Positions 19,466 to 27,764 of a stretch of DNA of 64,000 bases are shown here, in pieces. The notes beneath the pieces were generated by a model, which was given only the letters and a program-made list of their open reading frames with translations, ran no database searches and was not told the DNA's origin. A program made the translations under genes and the position numbers. This stretch comes from an uncultured Alphaproteobacteria bacterium (GTDB lineage: Bacteria; Pseudomonadota; Alphaproteobacteria; Rhizobiales; Xanthobacteraceae). Within the stretch, counting starts at the first letter, position 1, and each line of letters begins with the position of its first letter. The stretch is taken from assembly GCA_963780925.1 (NCBI GenBank), contig CAWAEV010000041.1:15212-79211 (forward strand). The letters are read 5' to 3'.

Positions 19466-19507
19466 GATCAAGGCTCAGCAGCCTGGCGTTGGGGTGGCGG
19501 ACCGCGC

Positions 19508-21111
19508 TTGAAACGACGCGATTGGCCGATACTGTTGAAAAAGCAGGTTGTCCGCTTGGCGTCGTGCCGTTGGGTTGTTTTGAAGCCGCGCTATTGGGGT
19601 AACTTCGACACGGACGCTACTGAGACGATCGTGAGCGATCTCAGGCAAGAGCTAGGTGCCGTTGATCCGGTGGTGGCTGGAAGATTCGGAGCGCCAAGGT
19701 TTTGAGGTTTTGCACCGTAGCGGCAAGAAGGAACTCGTCGCGCGCGCCGGAAAGACCCCGCAGCCGCATGCGCTCGAAGCGGTGGTGGGTCTTCAGGTGG
19801 GCAAAGCGCATCTCGACGCGCTTGCGTTGGTTGCGTGACTTGAGGAAGCTCTTTGTGCGCATCAGTCGGCGTGTTACGTCGCGGGCATATTCATGAACAT
19901 CGCGGGGAACCTCTCGTGACGGCGCTTTGGGACAGCACTGCATCTTGAGCGGGCAGACTTCGCAGTCGAACTTGGAAGCGCGATAGCGAAGTTTGTAGCC
20001 CTCGTGCACGGTGCCGGAGGTGTGCAGCACCTTGCCATTCGGGCAAATATAAACGCCGCGCCGCCGATCCCAACGAAAGTCGCTGCGCGATAACGTGCCA
20101 TCGTTGCGCTCGCTGGCATCGCGGACCGGGATGTGCGGTATAATTCTGTGGCCAACCAGCCAGTCCAGGAAACGGCTAGTTCCATAAGCGGTATCGGCCG
20201 CAAGCCGCTTCGGCTTGAGACCAAGACAACGTTCGGTGCGATCGAGCATGGTCTTGGTCGAGGCAACCTCGTCATAGGTGCGCGCCGGCGTCGGCTCAAC
20301 ATCGACAATGATCGCGTGCGCGATGTCGATGAGATAATTGAGCCCATAGCCGAACTGCACCCGCTTGTTGGCCTTGGCGGTCCAGGCCGAGCAAGGGTCA
20401 CTGGGTGAGACCAACTTTGGCGGCTTCCGGTTGGCGTCCGGGTCCTCATCGTCGAGGCCGGCAAGAAACTCAGCAGCGGCTCGGCTCTGCCGTTCTGGCG
20501 CCGACCAGTCGATCTCATCGGGCGCCTTGCCGTGATAGCGGCTGGCATTGGCTTCAATGACACTGGCATCGACGGCAAAGCCTTCACCCTTGACCAGGCC
20601 GGCATCCATGCAGGCCCGCACCACAGCCTCGAACACCTGGCGCAGGATGTCGCTGTCACGGAAGCGACCATGGCGGTTCACCGAGAACGTCGAGTGATTA
20701 GGCACCTGGTCGTCAAGATCGAGGCGGCAAAACCAGCGGTAAGCGAGATGCAGTTCAACCTCCTCGCACAATCGCCTCTCGGAGCGGATGCCGTAACAGT
20801 AGCCGACGATCAGCATCCGGATCATCAGTTCGGGATCAATCGAAGGCCGACCAATCTCGCTGTAGAACGACGCCAGCTTCTCGCGAAGCTCAACCAGTAT
20901 CCGTGTCACGACCGGATTGATCCGCCGCAACAGATGGCCCGCTGGAATGCGTCGTTCGAGGTTGAACAGGTAAAACAACTGGCTCTGATCGCCGCTCAGT
21001 CGACCCATCATGGCAAACCTCCGCCGCCGAATCTCTCCAGACGACGGAATCACTGTTCGCCGGAAATCACGAGCCCTTTTTCAACACTATCGACCCACAA
21101 CGTCACTTCGC
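19508..21111. mobile_element. IS1182/IS5-like insertion sequence, apparently intact
   Basis: Core inverted repeat GATACTGTTGAAAAAG (19528-19543) versus CTTTTTCAACACTATC (21076-21091), 15/16 matches, with weaker similarity extending about 20 bp outward. It carries a single transposase gene. Confidence 0.7.
19641..21011 (-). CDS. IS1182/IS5-family DDE transposase
   Basis: MMGRLSGDQSQLFYLFNLERRIPAGHLLR...RPSIDPELMIRMLIVGYCYGIRSERRL...ADTAYG...VEMRFAHLK. Confidence 0.9.
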   Translation of the reverse strand: MMGRLSGDQSQLFYLFNLERRIPAGHLLRRINPVVTRILVELREKLASFYSEIGRPSIDPELMIRMLIVGYCYGIRSERRLCEEVELHLAYRWFCRLDLDDQVPNHSTFSVNRHGRFRDSDILRQVFEAVVRACMDAGLVKGEGFAVDASVIEANASRYHGKAPDEIDWSAPERQSRAAAEFLAGLDDEDPDANRKPPKLVSPSDPCSAWTAKANKRVQFGYGLNYLIDIAHAIIVDVEPTPARTYDEVASTKTMLDRTERCLGLKPKRLAADTAYGTSRFLDWLVGHRIIPHIPVRDASERNDGTLSRSDFRWDRRRGVYICPNGKVLHTSGTVHEGYKLRYRASKFDCEVCPLKMQCCPKAPSREVPRDVHEYARDVTRRLMRTKSFLKSRNQRKRVEMRFAHLKTHHRFERMRLRGLSGARDEFLLAATVQNLKTLALRIFQPPPDQRHLALA

Positions 21112-21280
21112 CACCCTCAATTGCCGCACTGCGAAAGGGTCACTCCGACCACCTCGTCGGCGCATCGCCGCGAACATCGCCAAGCTGCCGAAATTGTTAC
21201 AGAAGGCTTGATGCGGCTTGCCGCTAACCACGCTTCAAACTTGACAATTTCCGGTCACCTGGTTGTGCGATAATTCGAGT

Positions 21281-21359
21281 TACCGGAGCGACTTTGTCCT
21301 TGAACCTTCATCGCTCCGGCTCAGACTAACTAAGCCCCGGTGCCTCCCGGGGCTTTTTT
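21281..21359 (+). ncRNA. Candidate small RNA (hypothetical)
   Basis: Promoter-like TTGACA (21241) and GATAAT (21269). A 9-bp stem CCGGAGCGA/TCGCTCCGG (21283-21319), a linker, then a terminator hairpin whose loop and 3' arm contain CCUCCC. Confidence 0.3.
21334..21359 (+). terminator. Rho-independent terminator
   Basis: GCCCCGG-tgcctc-CCGGGGC followed by T6. Confidence 0.6.
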
Positions 21360-21458
21360 ATTGGCGATGATTGCGTGGCCAATGCAGCGCGTGTCGCGTT
21401 ACGATCTGTTAGGGGAATTGTCGCAAGTATAGGTGCCTTTTTTGATCGGGGACGGTCA

Positions 21459-21653
21459 ATGACCACCGCTGCAGATTTCGAGGAAATCGCAAGAGTGCTC
21501 GCGATGCAATCTCACGTCACATCGCGCAGACAGGTTGCACACGAACTGTGGCGCTTGGCGCAGGACTATCAAATAAGGGCAGGAGCCCTCGAGGGCGGAA
21601 CATTGCCCTACATTGGCGATCCGCCTGTGATCCTGGACCGGGTAACCGCTTAG
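21459..21653 (+). CDS. Small hypothetical protein
   Basis: 64 aa, MTTAADFEEIARVLAMQSH...WRLAQDYQIRAGALEGGTLPYIGDPP. No family recognised. Confidence 0.35.
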   Translation: MTTAADFEEIARVLAMQSHVTSRRQVAHELWRLAQDYQIRAGALEGGTLPYIGDPPVILDRVTA

Positions 21654-22337
21654 CGACGCACAGAGTCCGACTGGTCGGTGGGCGCTGTAACGTTAATTGA
21701 GATCGACGCTGGAACTGATTTGCGCGGCGTGCTCGCATTGATCGGGGGCAGTGCTCTCCTCGCAACGTGAGCCACGCACTGCCTCAAGAAGCCCGAGCGC
21801 GAAAGTACCGCTCGGGCTTCGCCAATTTAGAAGCCGGGTGCGTGACGTGGCCGTGGATCCAGGCTCACGCCCCGCTCCTGATTGCACTGCTACGCAGTCG
21901 CATGTCCGAAGTCGGGGGATAAACGGAAGTGGTCGGCTCACGCGCGAAACGTCGAAAATGACCCGGAGCCGAAGTGCGCGCTGTGGCAGCGAATGTCTGC
22001 TGTTGGGGGGCAAAGCAGACACCGCGAAGCGGCCGTGACGAGCCTCATTCCCGCGCTGTCGCGCCGCTCGTGCCAGCCGAACCTTCATGAGTGGCCCGCA
22101 AGACTACGCGGGGCGCCAGTCGCTCGGCGTCCTCGAGCACCTGGATGTCAGTCGCGCGTCGTGCGGCGGCCTCAGCGTCAGCTTTGGCCTTCCGGTCAGC
22201 TTCCACCCTTGACTGCCGACTTCCGCAAGGAGGCCGACTTCCGCAAGGAGAATGTCGCGTCGAGACCCTAGGTGACAATGCTGCGGGTTAGTGGCATTTT
22301 ACACAGCTAATCGTTTCGATCGAGCGACAAGTTCGAA

Positions 22338-23840
22338 TTGAAAGAGTTTGCGATGACTTGTAAGTCTCAGTTCTTCCCTTTCACTTCGGTAATTGTGCCT
22401 GTTATGTTGATTGGCGTCTCATCGGGTGCAAACGCCGACGACCTACCAATCCCACAACCGCCGCCCTATCAACCTGTGGTCACGGCCCCTCAAGAGCCTT
22501 CCGGCTCAGGCGTGTGGACGTTCGGGAGTGGCGTCTCGGCTTCAGTCACCGTGGACTACCCTGCACTTGATCCGAGAATTGGCCGCATCGAAGAGGTTAT
22601 TCTTGGCGCAGGCACGGATTACGCAAACCCCAATGTCATCGTTCAGTCCACGCTGGGACCAAATCCCGGTACGATCGCAATCGCGCATGACACCATTGTT
22701 GGTAACGCTGGTGGATTGACGGTCGCTAATACGAACGATGTCACATTTTATTGCGCAAGTTCCCCGTGTGTTTCATCACAGCATTATACATCCGGATTTA
22801 ACTTTACAAACGCCACCGCTTACAAGACGGTACAGCTGCCCTACAACAATAGTGCGACCGCGTTCGTCGCGAGCAATGCAGCCATCTATGGTGCGCAATC
22901 GGCCGTCCTAAATTCGACAACGACGATCACAAACATTAACGGCTCTGTCCCGCAGTACTCCATCACAGGAAATTACAGCGTTGACTACAGCCGCGTCTAC
23001 GTCCCGTGGACGACCGACGACGTCGTGCACAATTCGTTGAATGTGCCAAACATGAGCTTTGGATCTTTGACTATTAATCCACAACCGGCGCTCGGTTTCA
23101 CAGCACAGCAAGCGGCAAATCTGTCGCAGTTTAGCAACTTCAATTACCTTCAAACCGTTACGTCGGCAGGTACCTTTTCAAAGGTCGGATCGCAGCTCAC
23201 CACCATCCAAAGTGGTCCGGTATTTCCGGGAGCTCCTCTCTCGATCGGTAATTTCGACCCACTGCCAAATGGAAACACCTCTACTCAGCCAGCAGATCAA
23301 TTTCCGCTCTACTGGGATCAAGTGAGGTTATCGGGCGATCCAAATGGGACGTATTTCGTAACCAATCCGGCTAATAACTACGGTTTGTCATTCTCGGATA
23401 GCCCGAACCTCCTTGAGGCCGGGCGTTATATTACTTTTCAGACTGAACTCGTCGGCGTGAATGCGGTTACAGACGCATCTGGTACCACGCTCTCATATAG
23501 CCCTTTGTCGCTGACAACGACCGGAGAGATTGATCCAACCCTCACGTTCGATTGGGCTTGGTATCAGACAGTCTCCAACTGTCCATCCGGACTAGAAGAT
23601 TGCGGCGTCGCTACGTTCCGAAACATTACCGACCCAAACTCTTCGCCGCTTGGTGTTGCGTTCCTCCTTGGATATGGAGATATGACCGAAGCAGAAATTC
23701 AAGCTGAACTCCAGCAAGACTTTTCGACTCTGTCCCTCCCGAACGCGACACCAGTCCCAAGCACTTGGACAATGATGCTGCCGTGCCTCGTTGGCCTTGG
23801 TTTCATGGGATATCGCCGACGCAAGTGCGTTGCCGCATGA
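22338..23840 (+). CDS. Secreted protein with a PEP-CTERM-like C-terminal sorting signal
   Basis: Signal peptide, an N/S/T-rich body, and the C-terminus ATPVPSTWTMMLPCLVGLGFMGYRRRKCVAA (degenerate PEP motif, TM helix, basic cluster). Low G+C. Confidence 0.75.
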   Translation: MKEFAMTCKSQFFPFTSVIVPVMLIGVSSGANADDLPIPQPPPYQPVVTAPQEPSGSGVWTFGSGVSASVTVDYPALDPRIGRIEEVILGAGTDYANPNVIVQSTLGPNPGTIAIAHDTIVGNAGGLTVANTNDVTFYCASSPCVSSQHYTSGFNFTNATAYKTVQLPYNNSATAFVASNAAIYGAQSAVLNSTTTITNINGSVPQYSITGNYSVDYSRVYVPWTTDDVVHNSLNVPNMSFGSLTINPQPALGFTAQQAANLSQFSNFNYLQTVTSAGTFSKVGSQLTTIQSGPVFPGAPLSIGNFDPLPNGNTSTQPADQFPLYWDQVRLSGDPNGTYFVTNPANNYGLSFSDSPNLLEAGRYITFQTELVGVNAVTDASGTTLSYSPLSLTTTGEIDPTLTFDWAWYQTVSNCPSGLEDCGVATFRNITDPNSSPLGVAFLLGYGDMTEAEIQAELQQDFSTLSLPNATPVPSTWTMMLPCLVGLGFMGYRRRKCVAA

Positions 23841-24073
23841 ACGAAATCAAATCTTTGAATCCAATTGAAGCGATACTCGCGCTGCTGATCGCGAGCGGCG
23901 ACACGCAAAATTCGTCGCAGCGCATAGCTGCCTCTATTGAACCCTGGGCCGCGCTTCTCAATCATCCAATGTCAGCTCGTGGCCCGTTTCGTCAGATATT
24001 GCGGCGCAAGCAAATGTCGGCGTTCGGGGTAACAGCGGACATGCCGAGGAAAGCCAAAATCAGACGTTCCTGA
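23837..24073 (+). CDS. Small hypothetical ORF with an ATGA overlap to the upstream stop
   Basis: ATG 23837 overlaps TGA 23838-23840. 78 aa with a weak coding signal. The tail carries the dispersed MSAFG..ADM-type motif. Confidence 0.3.
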   Translation: MNEIKSLNPIEAILALLIASGDTQNSSQRIAASIEPWAALLNHPMSARGPFRQILRRKQMSAFGVTADMPRKAKIRRS

Positions 24074-24165
24074 CCCATCACTGCCAATCGGCACTGGATT
24101 TTGCTGTGATGCACAACGGACCCTCGTGATGTTAGGATAAGGTATCCGCCCAGGGAGAGGGCTAG

Positions 24166-24600
24166 GTGAAACGGCATCGCACAGTAAGCCGTAGGCGAGC
24201 AAACACACGGCACCGCAAGACGTCGAAGCCGCAGCGCCGCAACGCGGCAAAGGCCACGCGCGGGGCCAGTTCGTCCGTTGCCGAACTGCAAAAGCAGATT
24301 GAACGTCAGGCGCGCGAACTTGGCGAGGCGCGCGAGCAGCAGACGGCCACCTCGGAGGTGCTCAAGGTCATCTCAAGCTCGCCCGGCGAGCTGGAGCCGG
24401 TGTTCCAGGCCATGCTGGAGAATGCCGTCCGAATTTGCGAGGCGAAGTTTGGAAATATCTATCGCTGGGATGGCGACGCCTTGCGTGTCGTTGCCACGCA
24501 CAACACCCCCGACGCGTTCGCCAAGGTACTCAGGCGCTCACCGGTTCGTCCCCATCCGAAAAGTGTTCTCGGTCGCGTATTGGCGGACAAAACGGTGGCT
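24166..24600 (+). pseudogene. GAF-domain sensor protein, N-terminal fragment
   Basis: Basic leader, then coiled coil REQQTATSEVLKVISSSPGELEPVFQAMLENAVRICEAKFG...ATHNTP. It breaks off at about 24600. Confidence 0.6.
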
Positions 24601-24607
24601 CACGCCG

Positions 24608-24853
24608 TTCAACTACCTGTCGGGGTTCCTGCTCACCCGGCTGTTGCTACCTCTTTTGACGCGGAGTGAACCCGCCCGCATTGTGAGCGTGTCTTCGCTG
24701 GGCCAGCATCCGATCGATTTCGATAACGTCATGCTGACTAAGAACTACACAGGCGGCCGCGCCTACACTCAGAGCAAGCTGGCGCAGATCATGTTCACTT
24801 TCGATCTGGCTCAAGAATTGGACTCGCCGATGATTACGGCGACAACGGGCTAA
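24608..24853 (+). pseudogene. Short-chain dehydrogenase internal fragment
   Basis: FNYLSGFLLTRLLLPLL...ARIVSVSS...YTQSKLAQIMF (YxxxK region), in a different frame from the GAF fragment. Confidence 0.6.
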
Positions 24854-25117
24854 CACCATCAAGGGCGCGCGAGCGGCTGCGCGGGTTTAGCCTGAACCTC
24901 ACGGGGTTAGCCCTATAGCCGGTCTCCTTAGAATGGGCTGGTTGTCGAGGACCGGAGCGATGTCAAACTCACCGTCGCTAGTTTCGGACGATCAGCCGCC
25001 TCTATTAAAGATGCTTAGTTTGCAAATTTGCCGGATTCCTTAGGCGGTAGCCGGCCTGGACCGGACCAGTTTGGAAACCCGGAACCCGCAATATCAAAGG
25101 CTTGCGTCGTTCTATTA

Positions 25118-25130
25118 TAATGGCTCGTTA
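25118..25130. repeat. Right att-like direct repeat
   Basis: TAATGGCTCGTTA. Its last 3 nt form the TAA stop of the PAS-like gene on the minus strand. Confidence 0.45.
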
Positions 25131-25706
25131 GCCGCCTGCATCGCGGCCGCCTTCATAGATCACCAGATGACGCGGGCGCGGCGCCATGAAGCGGGGCAAC
25201 AGACGGGTTTCTACTGAAGCCCCGATGTGCCGGCGGCCCCCAAGCGTCAAGGCGCCGATCGGGCTCGAACCTAGCCATTGCGGAATTTTCAACGGCGCCA
25301 AGATGCCGATGGTGCGGGCCAGGCTTGGCCGACTGGCTCTCAGCGGCAGCAGCAGAAGCTCAAGGTCAATCGGTTCGCCGTCGGCGCTTTGCGCCGTCAC
25401 GCCGGCGACCGTTCCGACGCGCTCGTCATCGAGAATGGCAAGCAGATCCGAGATCGTCGGCTGGCTCGCCGCAGCCCATAGGCCGATGAACGGCTCGCCT
25501 TTGAGCTCGCGGCCGAACAGCGCGCAGACCCGCGTGCCGGCGAGCCGAAACGGATGTCCCGCGCCGCCGTCGAGCGCCAGAATGAACGCGTCGCTGAGCA
25601 CTTGGCGAATGGCCCCCGGCTCGATGTCGGCGCGCTCCGGCGCCGCATGCTTGCCGCGACGTTCCTGCCAATACGCATAGAGTTCCCGGCTCGCTGCGTG
25701 TTTCAT
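25128..25706 (-). CDS. Small PAS-like domain protein
   Basis: MKHAASRELYAYWQERRGKHAAPERADIEPGAIRQVLSDAFIL...FRLAGTRVCALFGRELKGEPF. ATG at 25704-25706. Confidence 0.8.
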   Translation of the reverse strand: MKHAASRELYAYWQERRGKHAAPERADIEPGAIRQVLSDAFILALDGGAGHPFRLAGTRVCALFGRELKGEPFIGLWAAASQPTISDLLAILDDERVGTVAGVTAQSADGEPIDLELLLLPLRASRPSLARTIGILAPLKIPQWLGSSPIGALTLGGRRHIGASVETRLLPRFMAPRPRHLVIYEGGRDAGG

Positions 25707-26054
25707 AAACGCTCCCTGCCATCGTGCCGGCCCCGCACAGCTGTCCCTGATCGGGACAGCAATTGCGGCGAACGGCTGTTTGGCGGAATGCGGAGCAGGT
25801 CGCGTGCCGAGTGAGCGCGACGGTAGCGAAGGCGCCAACGCGCCCGCGATTAAACTTAACAGCACGTCGGCGTTGGCGCTGCACGCCAAGCCGCCTAGGG
25901 TGAGATCAGCGAATAGTTTTCAACGCGCCGCGCAAATTCCACCGCGGCGCTTTCCGGTTCAGGGAGGCGAGGGGATGTGACCGACGCTGAATGACATGAA
26001 GGCGCGAGCCCAAAATCTTCAGCGTCGACCGCGGAAGCCCCGCGCAAGGTGCAA

Positions 26055-26087
26055 AAGGGAGGACCCCAACGTCCTCCCTTTTGTTTT
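26055..26087 (+). terminator. Orphan rho-independent terminator in a divergent intergenic region
   Basis: AAGGGAGGAC-cccaac-GTCCTCCCTT followed by TTTTGTTTT. No annotated plus-strand gene lies upstream. Confidence 0.55.
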
Positions 26088-26191
26088 CGGCCGTCGGTTT
26101 GGCTTTTCGTTTCGTGCGTTCGCCGCGAGGCGCTGCTTGCGCGCCGCTTGTTCTGGCCATCGCATGAGCCTATGTCCGCGGGATATAAGGT

Positions 26192-26989
26192 ATGCGACCG
26201 GTGACGCAACAGTCCGAGCCCGAGCCCAACTTTCGCGAGCACACGTCTCGCGAGCCCATTTTCAATGTGCCGCTGGTCGTCATTGCGACCGTCGGCGTTC
26301 TCGTGCTGGTTCATGCCCTCCGCGCGCTGGTGCTGACCGACGAGCAGGACGTCAATTTTCTTCTGACCTTCGCATTTATCCCGGCGCGGTACGGCACCGA
26401 CATGGGTGTAGTTGGCGCATTTCAGGGCGGTTTCGCCGCCGATCTGTGGACTTTCTTCACTTACGCGTTCATTCACGCCGACCTCATGCATCTCGGCCTC
26501 AATCTCGCTTGGCTCATACCTTTCGGGACTGCGCTTGCGCGCCGGTTCGGACCGTGGCGCTACGTCGTCTTCATGCTGGTGACGGCGGCGGTCGGCGCGT
26601 TGGCGCATCTTCTCACGCACCTTGGCGCGCTGGAGCCGATGATCGGTGCGTCGGCAGCGATTTCGGGTGCGATGGCGGCGGCGATGCGCTTTGTCTTTCG
26701 AAGGGACGGCCCCGTGGCTCACTGGCGCGAGCGTTCCGACGCCGCTTTTCGCGTGCCCGCCGCGTCGCTCGCGGCGACGCTGCGCGATCCGCGCTTTTTG
26801 TTGTTCCTTGCCGTCTGGCTCGGACTGAACGTGCTGTTCGGCTCCGGCACGATTACGTTCGGTACGGACGCAGGACAGGAAATTGCTTGGCAGGCGCATG
26901 TCGGCGGCTTTTTCGCCGGCCTCCTGCTTTTCGATGCTTTCGATCCGGTCGTTCCGAGTGCCAAACTCGATACCGAGGTGAGCGGCTGA
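26192..26989 (+). CDS. Rhomboid-family intramembrane serine protease
   Basis: Multiple TM helices, HADLMHLGLN, GASAAISG (catalytic Ser), AHVGGFFAG (His). Confidence 0.85.
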   Translation: MRPVTQQSEPEPNFREHTSREPIFNVPLVVIATVGVLVLVHALRALVLTDEQDVNFLLTFAFIPARYGTDMGVVGAFQGGFAADLWTFFTYAFIHADLMHLGLNLAWLIPFGTALARRFGPWRYVVFMLVTAAVGALAHLLTHLGALEPMIGASAAISGAMAAAMRFVFRRDGPVAHWRERSDAAFRVPAASLAATLRDPRFLLFLAVWLGLNVLFGSGTITFGTDAGQEIAWQAHVGGFFAGLLLFDAFDPVVPSAKLDTEVSG

Positions 26990-27219
26990 GCAAAATCGTG
27001 ATCAGTTGCGTCACGCCGCCGCCGCAATGAGCTGCAACGATTTTGATAGAGTCGGCGCTGGTTTTCGGGCGATGCCGCGCGGAACTCGATGCTGCATCGC
27101 AGCAGATGCTCTGACGCCGTTGGAACTCGGCGCCGACCCGAACATTGAATTTATTGCCCTCGCTGCCGCCGCTCCGCCGCCATGCGGGGCGTCAGGCCGT
27201 GAGGGTTAGGGAGGCTACG

Positions 27220-27651
27220 ATGACTGTCAGCATCATTCTCGCGGCCAAAGGCCGCGAGGTCGCTAGTGTCGAACCCAACGCCACGCTTTCCTCGGTCGTT
27301 GCGCTTCTCGCCGAGCGGCGTATCGGCGCGGTGCTCATCCTGGGCGTGGACCGCCGCCTCGTCGGCATTGTCTCCGAGCGCGATATTGTGCGTGCGCTCG
27401 CCGAACGCGGCGCCGCTGCGCTCGATGATCCGGTGAGCCGGATCATGACGCGCCAAGTCTCGACCTGCACCGAGGGCGAGACCATTTCCAGCATCATGGA
27501 GCGAATGACCGCGGGCAAATTCCGCCATATCCCCGTCGTCGATCAGGGACGTGTCGTCGGCATCATCTCGATCGGCGACGTGGTCAAGCACCGGCTGCAG
27601 GAAATGGAGCGCGATTCTGCGGCGATGCGCGATTACATTCTGACCGCGTAA
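27220..27651 (+). CDS. CBS-domain pair protein
   Basis: Two CBS repeats (GIVSERDIVRAL and GIISIGDVVKH). GGGAGG RBS. Confidence 0.9.
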   Translation: MTVSIILAAKGREVASVEPNATLSSVVALLAERRIGAVLILGVDRRLVGIVSERDIVRALAERGAAALDDPVSRIMTRQVSTCTEGETISSIMERMTAGKFRHIPVVDQGRVVGIISIGDVVKHRLQEMERDSAAMRDYILTA

Positions 27652-27764
27652 CGGCCGCCGGCAGATCGGTCGTGGATCGGCTGCGGGGGAGCCTGAACCG
27701 CATTCCCCGGGCTGGAGCCCGGCGCTATGATGGCAGCTCGCGAGAATTGCGCGGGGAGGCGATC

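Larger units (their letters stand above)
11813..25130. mobile_element. Decayed integrative genomic island of about 13.3 kb, bounded by a 13-bp direct repeat
   Basis: The exact repeat TAATGGCTCGTTA lies at 11813-11825 and 25118-25130. An integrase remnant sits about 35 bp inside the left repeat. G+C is visibly lower, and the interior holds IS, intron and gene fragments. Confidence 0.55.

Noticed and set aside
21241-21274. TTGACA/GATAAT considered as a confident sigma-70 promoter.
   Set aside because: The 22-nt spacing lies outside the 16-19 nt range. It is kept only as a weak element in the sRNA hypothesis.
22213-22248. A perfect 18-bp tandem duplication (GCCGACTTCCGCAAGGAG, two copies) upstream of the PEP-CTERM-like gene.
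   Set aside because: The duplication is real but isolated, with only two copies and no credible ORF or motif context. It is most likely a slippage duplication in decaying island DNA.
11813-25130. Treating the 13-bp repeat as statistically significant on its own.
   Set aside because: Tens of chance 13-mer matches are expected window-wide. The repeat is retained only because both copies coincide with independently inferred island borders and restore a sensible gene arrangement.
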